NCBI GenBank assembly: GCA_903858755.1
Contig: CAIOKC010000019.1
Coordinates: forward strand, 1-41,339
Origin: an uncultured bacterium
GTDB taxonomy: Bacteria > Patescibacteriota > Minisyncoccia > Phycocordibacterales > UBA2100
DNA length: 41,339 nt
Reading direction: 5' to 3'
Below, one piece after another: positions 29,524 to 36,769 of the stretch. The notes under the pieces are model-generated. The model saw nothing but the letters and a program-made list of their open reading frames with translations. It searched no databases and was not told the origin of the DNA. The position numbers and the translations under genes were made by a program. The first letter of the stretch is position 1. Each line of letters opens with the position of its first letter.

Positions 29524-30039
29524 ATGGAGACATCTATAGAGAAGATCGAGCACGCCCTTCATGTGGAAGATGTTGACCGCGCATTCCTTCTAAAGATAGT
29601 CCAACCGGCGCTCATCGGACTGATCGACGGATCGATCTCGACTTTGGCACCGCTCTTTGCAGCCGCATTCGCGAGCCGCGACCCGCACATCGCCTTTCTC
29701 GTCGGCACCGCCGCAGCGATCGGCGCGGGTATCTCCATGGCATTTGCGGAAGGTCTTTCGGATACGGGCGAACACACCGGTCGCGGACACCCATTCCTCC
29801 GCGGATCCATCGTCGGCGTCATGACCTTCGTCGGCGGCATCCTCCACACGCTCCCCTTCCTTCTTCCCGACCTCACGATCGCGCTCTACCTCGCCTACGC
29901 GGTGGTCGCGCTTGAGCTTTTCGCGATCGGCTATATCCGGTATCACTATTTCAAATTGAGTTTCTGGCTCTCCATCGTCCAAGTCGTCTTCGGCGGCGCG
30001 CTCGTATTCCTCGCTGGCGTCTTTATCGGAAGCGCCTAA
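29524..30039 (+). CDS. VIT1/CCC1 family (iron/manganese) transporter
   Basis: GLIDGSISTLAPLFAAA, GAGISMAFAEGLSD, five hydrophobic helices. Confidence 0.8.
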   Translation: METSIEKIEHALHVEDVDRAFLLKIVQPALIGLIDGSISTLAPLFAAAFASRDPHIAFLVGTAAAIGAGISMAFAEGLSDTGEHTGRGHPFLRGSIVGVMTFVGGILHTLPFLLPDLTIALYLAYAVVALELFAIGYIRYHYFKLSFWLSIVQVVFGGALVFLAGVFIGSA

Positions 30040-30485
30040 GCAGCCAGACGAAGCTTCGCGAAGATCGCCTGCGGAGAAAAGCGCGATCGCGTGCAGTGAT
30101 CGCACTTGCAGCCGACCGGCTTGATGAATTCATCGAAATACTCCTGACCATAATCGAGCGTAAGCTCTTCCCCTCGCTTGATATCGCGGCTCGCATAGAT
30201 GAGGATCGCTCCATCGCGTATCTCCCCCTCGCAATTCGGCACGCATGAGTGATTGATGTAGCGCGCAGTATTGCTGCGGCTTGAGCCGTCGATGGTCCAT
30301 GTGCCGTCGACCTCGAAGAGGTACCGGGTCTTCAGCGTGTCTGCGACAGACGTCTGGATGCGCCTGCCTGTATACTCAAGTATGAAATCGCCGTGCCGTA
30401 TATCGGCGGTAGCAAAAAGACCCTGCCCCAAGCCGGGACGGGACCTGCGCACCGCGAAGCGTGCCTGGAAAATCGTGCGTCTCAT
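30036..30485 (-). CDS. SET domain protein (lysine methyltransferase-like) with post-SET Cys cluster
   Basis: GQGLFATADIRHGDFILEYTG, ARYINHSCVPNC, GEELTLDY, CKCDHC. Start set at MRRTIFQARF. Confidence 0.85.
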   Translation of the reverse strand: MRRTIFQARFAVRRSRPGLGQGLFATADIRHGDFILEYTGRRIQTSVADTLKTRYLFEVDGTWTIDGSSRSNTARYINHSCVPNCEGEIRDGAILIYASRDIKRGEELTLDYGQEYFDEFIKPVGCKCDHCTRSRFSPQAIFAKLRLAA

Positions 30486-30496
30486 ACGGGGCGGAG

Positions 30497-30505
30497 AGTA
30501 TACCA
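30497..30505 (-). promoter_or_regulatory. extended -10 box TGgTATACT for SET gene
   Basis: Minus strand reads TGGTATACT plus 11 nt plus ATG(30485). Confidence 0.4.
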
Positions 30506-30540
30506 AGGAGGGGCGTATTCCCGCCAGAGGCTTTTTGAGG

Positions 30541-30546
30541 CATAAT
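30541..30546 (+). promoter_or_regulatory. -10 box CATAAT, leaderless-type, for hisS
   Basis: CATAAT GCCCGC ATG(30553). Confidence 0.5.
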
Positions 30547-30552
30547 GCCCGC

Positions 30553-31821
30553 ATGACGAAACGAGACAAACTCTCGACGGAAAGCTACAAGGGCGTCCGT
30601 GATTTCTACCCGCAGGATCAATTCATCCAGCGATATATCTTCGAGCACATGGAGCGCGTGTGCGAACTCTTCGGCTACGAAGAATACAACGCGAGCATTC
30701 TCGAACCTGCGGAGCTGTATCGGAGCAAGACATCGGAAGAGATCGTGAGCGAGCAGACGTACACTTTCACGGATCGCGGCGACCGCGAGGTCACGCTGCG
30801 ACCAGAGATGACACCGTCGCTCGCGCGCATGATCGCGGCAAAATCGCGCGAGATACCGCTCCCCGCCCGCTGGTACAGCATCCCGAATGTGTTTCGCTAC
30901 GAGCGCCCGCAGCGCGGCAGGCTCCGCGAGCACTGGCAGCTGAATGCCGATATCATCGGCATCTCCGGCGTCGAGGCAGATGCAGAGATCATTGCAGTCG
31001 CACACGGCGTCATGCGCTCGCTTGGCGCAGACGAGCGCGATTTCGAAATACGCGTATCCGATCGCCGCATTTTGGATTCCGTATTCGATTCGGCGGGCAT
31101 CGATAGTAGAGATCAGCGAGCAACGATAACACGCATACTCGATCGCCGCGAGAAAATGGGCGACGCATTTGAAGGGGAGCTCCTCAGTATCGTCGGGGTC
31201 AAGGAGACAGCCGACACGATCATCTCCCAGCTCGATGCCATTACCTCGACCGCGTACCTCGAAGAACTCCGCACTCAGCTCGAGTACCTTGGCGTGCGCA
31301 ACATGGTCGTGGATACGAGAATCACACGCGGGTTCGACTACTACACCGGCATGGTTTTCGAAGTGTACGACACCGACGAGAAGAACCGCCGGTCGATGTT
31401 TGGCGGAGGTCGCTACGACAATCTCCTCTCCCTCTTCGGGGGCGAGCCGATCCCGGCTGTGGGTTTCGGCATGGGAGATGTGACCGCGCGCGACTTTCTC
31501 GAGACCCACAATCTGCTCCCCGAATACGCGCCGTCGACCGAGCTCATGATCGCCATCGTCGACAAAGACGCGACCGCGCACGCGACCCAGCTTGCGCAAG
31601 GGCTTCGCCGCGACGACGTGACGGTCGCTATCAATTTCTCGGGGAAAAAGATCGGCGATCAGATACGCCACGCAGACAAAATGAGAATCCCGTTCGTCGT
31701 CGCGGTCGGCGCAAAAGAGCGCGACTCCGGACGCTACACGGTCAAAAATCTCTCAAGCGGCGCGGAGATCACACTCCCTGCGGATCGCATCGCGGAGCAT
31801 TTGTTTTCTTCCCTCGGGTAG
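30553..31821 (+). CDS. hisS: histidine--tRNA ligase
   Basis: YKGVRDFYP, LRPEMTPSLARM (motif 1/2 region), FRYERPQRGRLREHWQ, GGGRYDNL, GFGMGD; C-terminal anticodon-binding domain. Confidence 0.95.
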   Translation: MTKRDKLSTESYKGVRDFYPQDQFIQRYIFEHMERVCELFGYEEYNASILEPAELYRSKTSEEIVSEQTYTFTDRGDREVTLRPEMTPSLARMIAAKSREIPLPARWYSIPNVFRYERPQRGRLREHWQLNADIIGISGVEADAEIIAVAHGVMRSLGADERDFEIRVSDRRILDSVFDSAGIDSRDQRATITRILDRREKMGDAFEGELLSIVGVKETADTIISQLDAITSTAYLEELRTQLEYLGVRNMVVDTRITRGFDYYTGMVFEVYDTDEKNRRSMFGGGRYDNLLSLFGGEPIPAVGFGMGDVTARDFLETHNLLPEYAPSTELMIAIVDKDATAHATQLAQGLRRDDVTVAINFSGKKIGDQIRHADKMRIPFVVAVGAKERDSGRYTVKNLSSGAEITLPADRIAEHLFSSLG

Positions 31822-31827
31822 CACCAC

Positions 31828-32403
31828 ATGCGCATCCTGACATTCGACATCGAGACGGCTAATTGGATGAGCGATATCGGATCGTCCAATCCTGCCGACC
31901 TCACTATCGCCATCGTCTGCATCCACGATTCTGAGACCGACTCGTATTCGAGCTACCTCGAACACGAGCTCCCCAGATTATGGGGCACCTTGGAGCGCAC
32001 TGACATGCTCATCGGATACAATTCCGATCACTTCGACATCCCGCTGCTGAATAAATACTACCCCGGCGATCTCACCCGCATAAAAAGCCTCGATCTGATG
32101 TCGGAGGTCTACAAGACGCTGGGGCGTCGGCTCAAGCTCGACGCGCTCGCCGAAGGGACGCTGGGAGAAAAGAAATCGGGCGGGGGTGCGCAGTCGCTCC
32201 AGTGGTGGCGCGCCGGTGAGGTGGAAAAAGTGCGCTCCTACTGCACGAAGGATGTCGAGCTGACCCGCAAACTCTTCGATCACGCGATGGAAAAAGGCTC
32301 GCTCAAGTACCGTGAGCTTGGGACTACGCGTGAAATAAGAATCGATACCTCAAAATGGCTCGAGCCGAAAAGTGGCGCAATGACCTTTTCCCTCGGATTG
32401 TAG
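31828..32403 (+). CDS. DEDDy 3'-5' exonuclease / RNase H-like fold protein (YprB/PolB-exo-like)
   Basis: FDIET (Exo I), YNSDHFDIPLL (Exo II), YCTKDVELT (Exo III with Tyr). 6 nt after the hisS stop. Confidence 0.75.
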   Translation: MRILTFDIETANWMSDIGSSNPADLTIAIVCIHDSETDSYSSYLEHELPRLWGTLERTDMLIGYNSDHFDIPLLNKYYPGDLTRIKSLDLMSEVYKTLGRRLKLDALAEGTLGEKKSGGGAQSLQWWRAGEVEKVRSYCTKDVELTRKLFDHAMEKGSLKYRELGTTREIRIDTSKWLEPKSGAMTFSLGL

Positions 32404-32420
32404 ACCGCACCCGACTCTGA

Positions 32421-32464
32421 CGGTATTGTTTATAACTACCTATAGGTAGTTATAAACAATACCG
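32421..32464. repeat. AT-rich perfect 44-bp palindrome, copy 2
   Basis: CGGTATTGTTTATAACTACCTA|TAGGTAGTTATAAACAATACCG: all 22 symmetric pairs match, 14/44 G+C. Lies 17 nt after the exonuclease stop. Confidence 0.9.
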
Positions 32465-32576
32465 TTGGAACCGCAACGATTTGGGCGGAATGACAGCATT
32501 TCTGAAAAACATCGGCGCGAACCATTCTCTGCGAAATCGCACATTCGAATTCAGCCCGAAATCGCGGTACGCGCGA

Positions 32577-32599
32577 GCCGCCGCGCCCTGCGCGGCGGC
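32577..32599. other. GC-only hairpin downstream of tRNA-Phe
   Basis: GCCGCCGCGC CCT GCGCGGCGGC 10-bp stem, 25 nt beyond the tRNA-Phe 3' end. No clear U-tract on either strand. Confidence 0.4.
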
Positions 32600-32624
32600 G
32601 AGCTCTGCCTTGCAATTTCCTTTC

Positions 32625-32700
32625 TGGTGCTTGGGGCCGGGGTCGAACCGGCGACCCTTCCCTCTTCAGGGGAATGCTCTACCAACTGAGCTACCCAAGC
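32625..32700 (-). tRNA. tRNA-Phe (GAA), CCA encoded
   Basis: Hand-folded cloverleaf: GCTTGGG TA GCTC AGTTGGTA GAGC A TTCCC CTGAAGA GGGAA GGGTC GCCGG TTCGACC CCGGC CCCAAGC A CCA. Confidence 0.9.
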
Positions 32701-32735
32701 GCAAAACTACTCTACCATATTTTGACCTCTCTTTT

Positions 32736-33035
32736 CTACTGCTGGAGAGACGGAAGATTTTCTTGGAATCGCTTCAGCATATCCTGAAAATTGCCGAGCT
32801 GCGCTTGCGCGGAAGCGCCGGTCCCCTGTATCTGATTCACCGTCTCGAGCATTTGATTGACCATCGGAGCAAGGTAGGTCGCATAGAGCCAAAGCGGCAC
32901 GATGATGAGTGCCGCATAGAGTATGAATTTGATGACCCCGCCCCAAAAGGCATTCCTCCGCATCGCATGCAGCATGCGGTTGTTGTCTTTTGCGAGGCGG
33001 TACAGCTCTTCAAGCTTCTGTTCGTCCATTTCCAT
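32736..33035 (-). CDS. small single-TM protein between two tRNA genes
   Basis: 99 aa with a central TM (VIKFILYAALIIVPLWLYATYL) and coiled-coil-like flanks. Perfect TATAAT 6 nt upstream of the ATG. Confidence 0.55.
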   Translation of the reverse strand: MEMDEQKLEELYRLAKDNNRMLHAMRRNAFWGGVIKFILYAALIIVPLWLYATYLAPMVNQMLETVNQIQGTGASAQAQLGNFQDMLKRFQENLPSLQQ

Positions 33036-33041
33036 ACCCCC

Positions 33042-33047
33042 ATTATA
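33042..33047 (-). promoter_or_regulatory. consensus -10 box TATAAT, leaderless-type
   Basis: Minus strand reads GGTAGTATAAT GGGGGT ATG(33035). Confidence 0.55.
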
Positions 33048-33072
33048 CTACCTCGGCAACAGCGATACCCTA

Positions 33073-33144
33073 TGCCCCCGCCAAGAGTCGAACTTGGATT
33101 CTCGCGTTAGGAGTGCGAAGTTCTGTCCGTTGAACTACGGGAGC
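33073..33144 (-). tRNA. tRNA-Arg (CCU), no encoded CCA
   Basis: GCTCCCG TA GTTC AACGGACA GAAC T TCGCA CTCCTAA CGCGA GAAT CCAAG TTCGACT CTTGG CGGGGGC A. One U-G pair in the acceptor stem and an A31-C39 mismatch. Confidence 0.85.
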
Positions 33145-33196
33145 TTAGCTGTGAACCAATCGACTCTATCATACTCATAACGAGCTTGGAATGCAG

Positions 33197-33205
33197 TGTT
33201 AGAAT
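33197..33205 (+). promoter_or_regulatory. extended -10 box TGtTAGAAT, leaderless-type
   Basis: TGTTAGAAT TGTCTG ATG(33212). Confidence 0.55.
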
Positions 33206-33211
33206 TGTCTG

Positions 33212-33904
33212 ATGGAAAAATACTTTTATCTCTTGTGGGCGAGTATATTTCTCGGATTTTGGATGATTCTATTCCTACGGAGGAAAGATACACGCAAAGA
33301 AATGCTGACCATTAGTGCATTATTCGGGCTCGGAGGGCTCGCGGCACAGAAGACAAACATCCAAGATTGGTGGCAGCCACTGACCATTACAGGGACATCC
33401 ATCGGTATAGAGGATTTCCTTATCGGATTCAGTATCGGAGGTATTGCTGCAGTCATTTACGAAGAGATCTATCGACGGCGTTTACGAAAAGGCGTGGGAG
33501 GCACCCTCGCACCGTCCGACCCGGGTTTCTTTTTACTGCTGTTCCCACTCCTTTACCTTATCCTTTTCTTTCTACTGGAACTCGGATCATTCTACTCGGT
33601 GGTCGTGGCATGTCTTGCCTCCATCGGCTTCATGCTTTTCTCTCGAAGAGACCTGTGGAGAGATTCACTCATGAGCGGAGTGATCATGCTTGCAATTGGC
33701 TCAGGGGTATATTTCTTATTATTTCTTATTAAGCCCGATTATATCCAGCAATTTTGGTATCTTCCCGACCATTGGTACGCACAACTACTCTTTGGTGTCC
33801 CTATCGGAGAATACATCTGGTTTTTCCTCATAGGAGCGTACATTGGTCCACTCTACGAGTATCTGAAAAGGCTCCGCCTTGTGCGGGAAAGAAAACAAAA
33901 ATAG
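33212..33904 (+). CDS. polytopic membrane protein, low-GC (weak lycopene-cyclase-domain-like motifs)
   Basis: 230 aa, about 6 helices. SIGIEDFLIGFS and VPIGEYIWFFLIG weakly recall the PxEE motifs of the lycopene cyclase domain. 54/120 G+C counted over 33241-33360. Confidence 0.6.
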   Translation: MEKYFYLLWASIFLGFWMILFLRRKDTRKEMLTISALFGLGGLAAQKTNIQDWWQPLTITGTSIGIEDFLIGFSIGGIAAVIYEEIYRRRLRKGVGGTLAPSDPGFFLLLFPLLYLILFFLLELGSFYSVVVACLASIGFMLFSRRDLWRDSLMSGVIMLAIGSGVYFLLFLIKPDYIQQFWYLPDHWYAQLLFGVPIGEYIWFFLIGAYIGPLYEYLKRLRLVRERKQK

Positions 33905-33911
33905 CTTTTTC

Positions 33912-34154
33912 CTACTTTATGCCGAGCACATCGCGAAGCTGAGCCTCGTCAAAACCGACGATGATTTTCTCCCCCACCTCAATGACCGGCACGCCCATCT
34001 GCCCGCTCTTCTGTATCATCTCTTGGCGTTTCGCGAGATCGGTCCCCACATTGTAGTCGGTAAATTGTACGCCATTCTCGGTGAAGAAATTCTTTGCCTC
34101 GTGGCAAAAGTGGCATGTCGGAGTGGAATAAATCGTCACGTGTGGTGTCGCCAT
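33912..34154 (-). CDS. glutaredoxin-like protein (YruB/NrdH-like)
   Basis: VTIYSTPTCHFCHEAKNFF (CxxC), GVPVIEV, 80 aa. Confidence 0.85.
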   Translation of the reverse strand: MATPHVTIYSTPTCHFCHEAKNFFTENGVQFTDYNVGTDLAKRQEMIQKSGQMGVPVIEVGEKIIVGFDEAQLRDVLGIK

Positions 34155-34212
34155 ACAAAGTAGCTTTATGATTAAGGACGGTCAGTATATCATATCGAGG
34201 TTGTCCACATGG

Positions 34213-34283
34213 GCGGGTATAGTTTAGTGGCAGAATGAGTGCTTCCCAAGCACTAGATCGGGGTTCGATTCCCCGTACCCGCA
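34213..34283 (+). tRNA. tRNA-Gly (CCC), no encoded CCA
   Basis: GCGGGTA TA GTTT AGTGGCA GAAT G AGTGC TTCCCAA GCACT AGAT CGGGG TTCGATT CCCCG TACCCGC A. Confidence 0.9.
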
Positions 34284-34319
34284 ACACAAAAAAGAAGGGC
34301 TAGGAGAAGTCCCATCTAC

Positions 34320-34694
34320 TCACCACCAGATAAGCATGTCGCGAAACCATGTGGAGAGCGAAGGCGCGGGCGGAGCAGCCTCTTCCGCTCGCCCATCCAC
34401 GATGATGATGAGACCTTCGCCTTCGGCGGCGAGCTCGTATTGCTCGCGCAGCGCTTCCTCCTTCCCCCGATTCGTCTCGAGCTTTGCGATATCCGCATTG
34501 AGCTGACTCTCGCGCTGCGAAAGCTCCGAGAGCTGCCCCTGCGCTTGCATGCGTAGCGCTCGCGAACTGCTCTCTTTTTTGTACGCGGACCACACGCCGG
34601 AAGACGCAAGGAGGGCGAGGGCGAAAAGCCCGACGATAAGGAGACGGCGCCACAGAAGGCGGACAGGGTCGTTTCTTTGATGGAACGCGACCAT
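34320..34694 (-). CDS. septum formation initiator-like protein (FtsB/DivIC family)
   Basis: N-terminal TM (LLIVGLFALALLASSG), then a coiled coil (QGQLSELSQRESQLNADIAKLETNRGKEEALREQ), then IIIV. Confidence 0.7.
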   Translation of the reverse strand: MVAFHQRNDPVRLLWRRLLIVGLFALALLASSGVWSAYKKESSSRALRMQAQGQLSELSQRESQLNADIAKLETNRGKEEALREQYELAAEGEGLIIIVDGRAEEAAPPAPSLSTWFRDMLIWW

Positions 34695-34699
34695 ACGCT

Positions 34700-34712
34700 A
34701 TACTATATACCA
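34700..34712 (-). promoter_or_regulatory. -10 region TGGTATATAGTAT, leaderless-type, for ftsB-like gene
   Basis: Minus strand reads TGGTATATAGTAT AGCGT ATG(34694). The same AT-rich block (TATACTATATACC) faces the small + ORF at 34720. Confidence 0.45.
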
Positions 34713-34719
34713 TTCGTCC

Positions 34720-34845
34720 ATGAGCTTTCTATTCGACAAGCGCACGAAAAAGGTCGTCCACGCCATCTGGGCAGTCGTCGCCGTCCTTGTCATCCTCGGG
34801 ATGGTGGTCTTCTTCGCGCCGGGTCTCGCCAATCTCTTCGGCTAA
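34720..34845 (+). CDS. possible 41-aa single-TM micro-protein
   Basis: MSFLFDKRTKKVVHAIWAVVAVLVILGMVVFFAPGLANLFG. Strongly G/C-biased third positions, as in real genes here. Below the ORF-track length cutoff. Confidence 0.4.
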   Translation: MSFLFDKRTKKVVHAIWAVVAVLVILGMVVFFAPGLANLFG

Positions 34846-36626
34846 TTCTCGCGCACCACTTTCAGGAAGACATCGTGTGGGATGTCTACTTTTCCGCGTG
34901 CGAGCATCTTCTTCTTCCCTTTCTTTTGCTTTTCGAGCAGCTTCATTTTCCGTGTGATGTCTCCGCCGTAGAGGTAGCCGGTCACGTCTTTGCGCATCGC
35001 CGATTTGCGACGCGACGCGACGATGCGACCACTGACCCTCGCTTGTATCTTCAGCTCGAATAGCTGCTTCGGAAGCAGCTTTTCCAATTTTTCCACCATC
35101 GCCTCCGCTTCGTGCTGCATCCGCCGTCTGCTCACGATGCGCGCAAAGGCGGGTACCGGCTCTTCGGCGACAAGCACATCGAGTCGTACCACGTCTGCCG
35201 TGCGCATACCCGCGAGCTCGTAGGAAAGCGATGCGAACCCAGAAGACACGCTTTTCAGGCGGTCGAAGAACCCGCGCATCAGCTCTCGGAGCGGCATATC
35301 CGCTTCAATGCGGACTTTGCCGTCGGGCAGGCTCTCCGTCGCGCCCGTCTCCGCTTCGTGGTCGTAGAGCAACTGCGTGGCGCTTCCCACGTGCGCAGGG
35401 GGGGTGATGATCGCGATATGCGCCCACATCTCGAAGACTTCCTTCACAGAACCGTCTTCCGGGAAACGCGCGGGCGCGTAGATATCCTCGCTTGAGCCGT
35501 CCATTTTGGTGATGCGATAGATGGTCGTCGGCTGTGTCACGACCAGCGTGAGATTGAATTCCCGGCGGAGACGCTCGATAATGATCTCAAGATGGAGCAT
35601 TCCCAGGAAACCGCATCTGAAACCCTTACCCATAACGCCGGAGGATTCTTCTTCATATGAGAGCGAAGAATCGGAAAGGCGCAATCGCTCGAGCGCTTGC
35701 CTCAGCTGGACCAGATCATCCTGCGATTCGGGGTACACGCTCGCCCAGATGACGGGCGCGACCGCGCGATATCCGGGAAGCTGCGGGCTCGACCGCTGTG
35801 CGGAAGTGACAGTGTCGCCCACGCGGGCAATGCCAGGTTTTTTGATGCCCGTCACGACGTACCCGATCTCCCCTTCCGTAAGCTGCACGGCGGGCGTCTC
35901 TTCGGGCGCGAGTATGCCGGTCTCAAGCGCAGTAAAATTCGTGTCGGTCGCGAGAAGGCGGAGCGTATCGCCCTTTTTTAGCGTGCCATTGAACACGCGG
36001 AGAAAAACGATGACTCCGCGATGATCCGAGTAGCCGAAATCGAAGACGAGCGCCTGAAGCCCGTGACCGTGCGGCTTGGGAGGTGCGATGCGGTCGACGA
36101 CCGCATTCAGCACATCGGCGACGCCGGTGCCCGTTTTGCCTGATGCGCGCACGATCGTATCCTCGGAGCAGCCAAGAAGCAGCGCAAGCTCGCTCACGAT
36201 GTCGTCCACGCGGGCGTGCGGCGCGTCTATCTTCGACACGACCGGAATAATGGTGAGTCCGAGCTCGCGAGCGGTCGAAAGCACCGAGAGCGTCTGCGCC
36301 TCGACGCCCTGCGTTGCATCCACGAGCAGTACCACGCCTTCGACAGCCGAAAGAGCGCGCGATACTTCATACGCGAAATCCACATGCCCCGGCGTATCGA
36401 TAAGGTTCAGGATGTATGCTTGCCCGTCTTTCTTCCATTGCATGCGGACCGGTTGCATCTTGATCGTGATACCGCGTTCGCGCTCGAGATCCATGCGATC
36501 CAAGACCTGCTCCTGCATGCGGCGCGGCTCTATAGTGCCGGTCATCTCGAGCATGCGATCGGCAAGCGTCGATTTTCCGTGGTCGATATGGGCGATGATC
36601 GAGAAGTTCCTAATATGAACAGACAT
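34842..36626 (-). CDS. lepA: elongation factor 4 (translational GTPase LepA)
   Basis: IRNFSIIAHIDHGKSTLADR, DTPGHVDF, VSKID, LepA-specific C-terminal domain (YGGDITRKMKLLEKQKKGKKKM). Confidence 0.97.
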   Translation of the reverse strand: MSVHIRNFSIIAHIDHGKSTLADRMLEMTGTIEPRRMQEQVLDRMDLERERGITIKMQPVRMQWKKDGQAYILNLIDTPGHVDFAYEVSRALSAVEGVVLLVDATQGVEAQTLSVLSTARELGLTIIPVVSKIDAPHARVDDIVSELALLLGCSEDTIVRASGKTGTGVADVLNAVVDRIAPPKPHGHGLQALVFDFGYSDHRGVIVFLRVFNGTLKKGDTLRLLATDTNFTALETGILAPEETPAVQLTEGEIGYVVTGIKKPGIARVGDTVTSAQRSSPQLPGYRAVAPVIWASVYPESQDDLVQLRQALERLRLSDSSLSYEEESSGVMGKGFRCGFLGMLHLEIIIERLRREFNLTLVVTQPTTIYRITKMDGSSEDIYAPARFPEDGSVKEVFEMWAHIAIITPPAHVGSATQLLYDHEAETGATESLPDGKVRIEADMPLRELMRGFFDRLKSVSSGFASLSYELAGMRTADVVRLDVLVAEEPVPAFARIVSRRRMQHEAEAMVEKLEKLLPKQLFELKIQARVSGRIVASRRKSAMRKDVTGYLYGGDITRKMKLLEKQKKGKKKMLARGKVDIPHDVFLKVVREN

Positions 36627-36649
36627 ATAGTGTATGCCTCATCCTACCT

Positions 36650-36751
36650 AAAAAAAGAGAGCGAAGCACGCTTTTGTGCGGTGTCTCGCAGGCTGACGAG
36701 CCGAGAGGCAGCGCTGTGCGAGTACGCACAGACAGCGACCGCACAAAAGCG
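36650..36751 (-). terminator. large compound stem-loop plus T7 run between murJ and lepA
   Basis: 14-bp arms CGCTTTTGTGCGGT (36669-36682) and ACCGCACAAAAGCG (36738-36751) enclose an inner hairpin TGTGCG AGTA CGCACA. On the minus strand the structure is followed by GCTCTCTTTTTTT (A-run 36650-36656). Confidence 0.5.
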
Positions 36752-36769
36752 CGGTTCGCGAACGCCCCG

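Noticed and set aside
32421-32464. AT-rich palindrome as the chromosomal dif (XerCD) site
   Set aside because: Two similar copies lie 14.8 kb apart, whereas dif is single-copy. The arms are 22 bp with no 6-8 bp asymmetric central region. A relationship to some other recombinase remains open.
32481-33110. 209-aa + strand ORF
   Set aside because: It runs antisense straight through tRNA-Phe, the small TM protein gene and part of tRNA-Arg. No motifs were seen.
34284-34319. Terminator for the ftsB-like gene between its stop and tRNA-Gly
   Set aside because: Only a 3-4 bp GGG/CCC stem precedes the T-run (TTCTTTTTTGTG on the minus strand), which is too weak to call.
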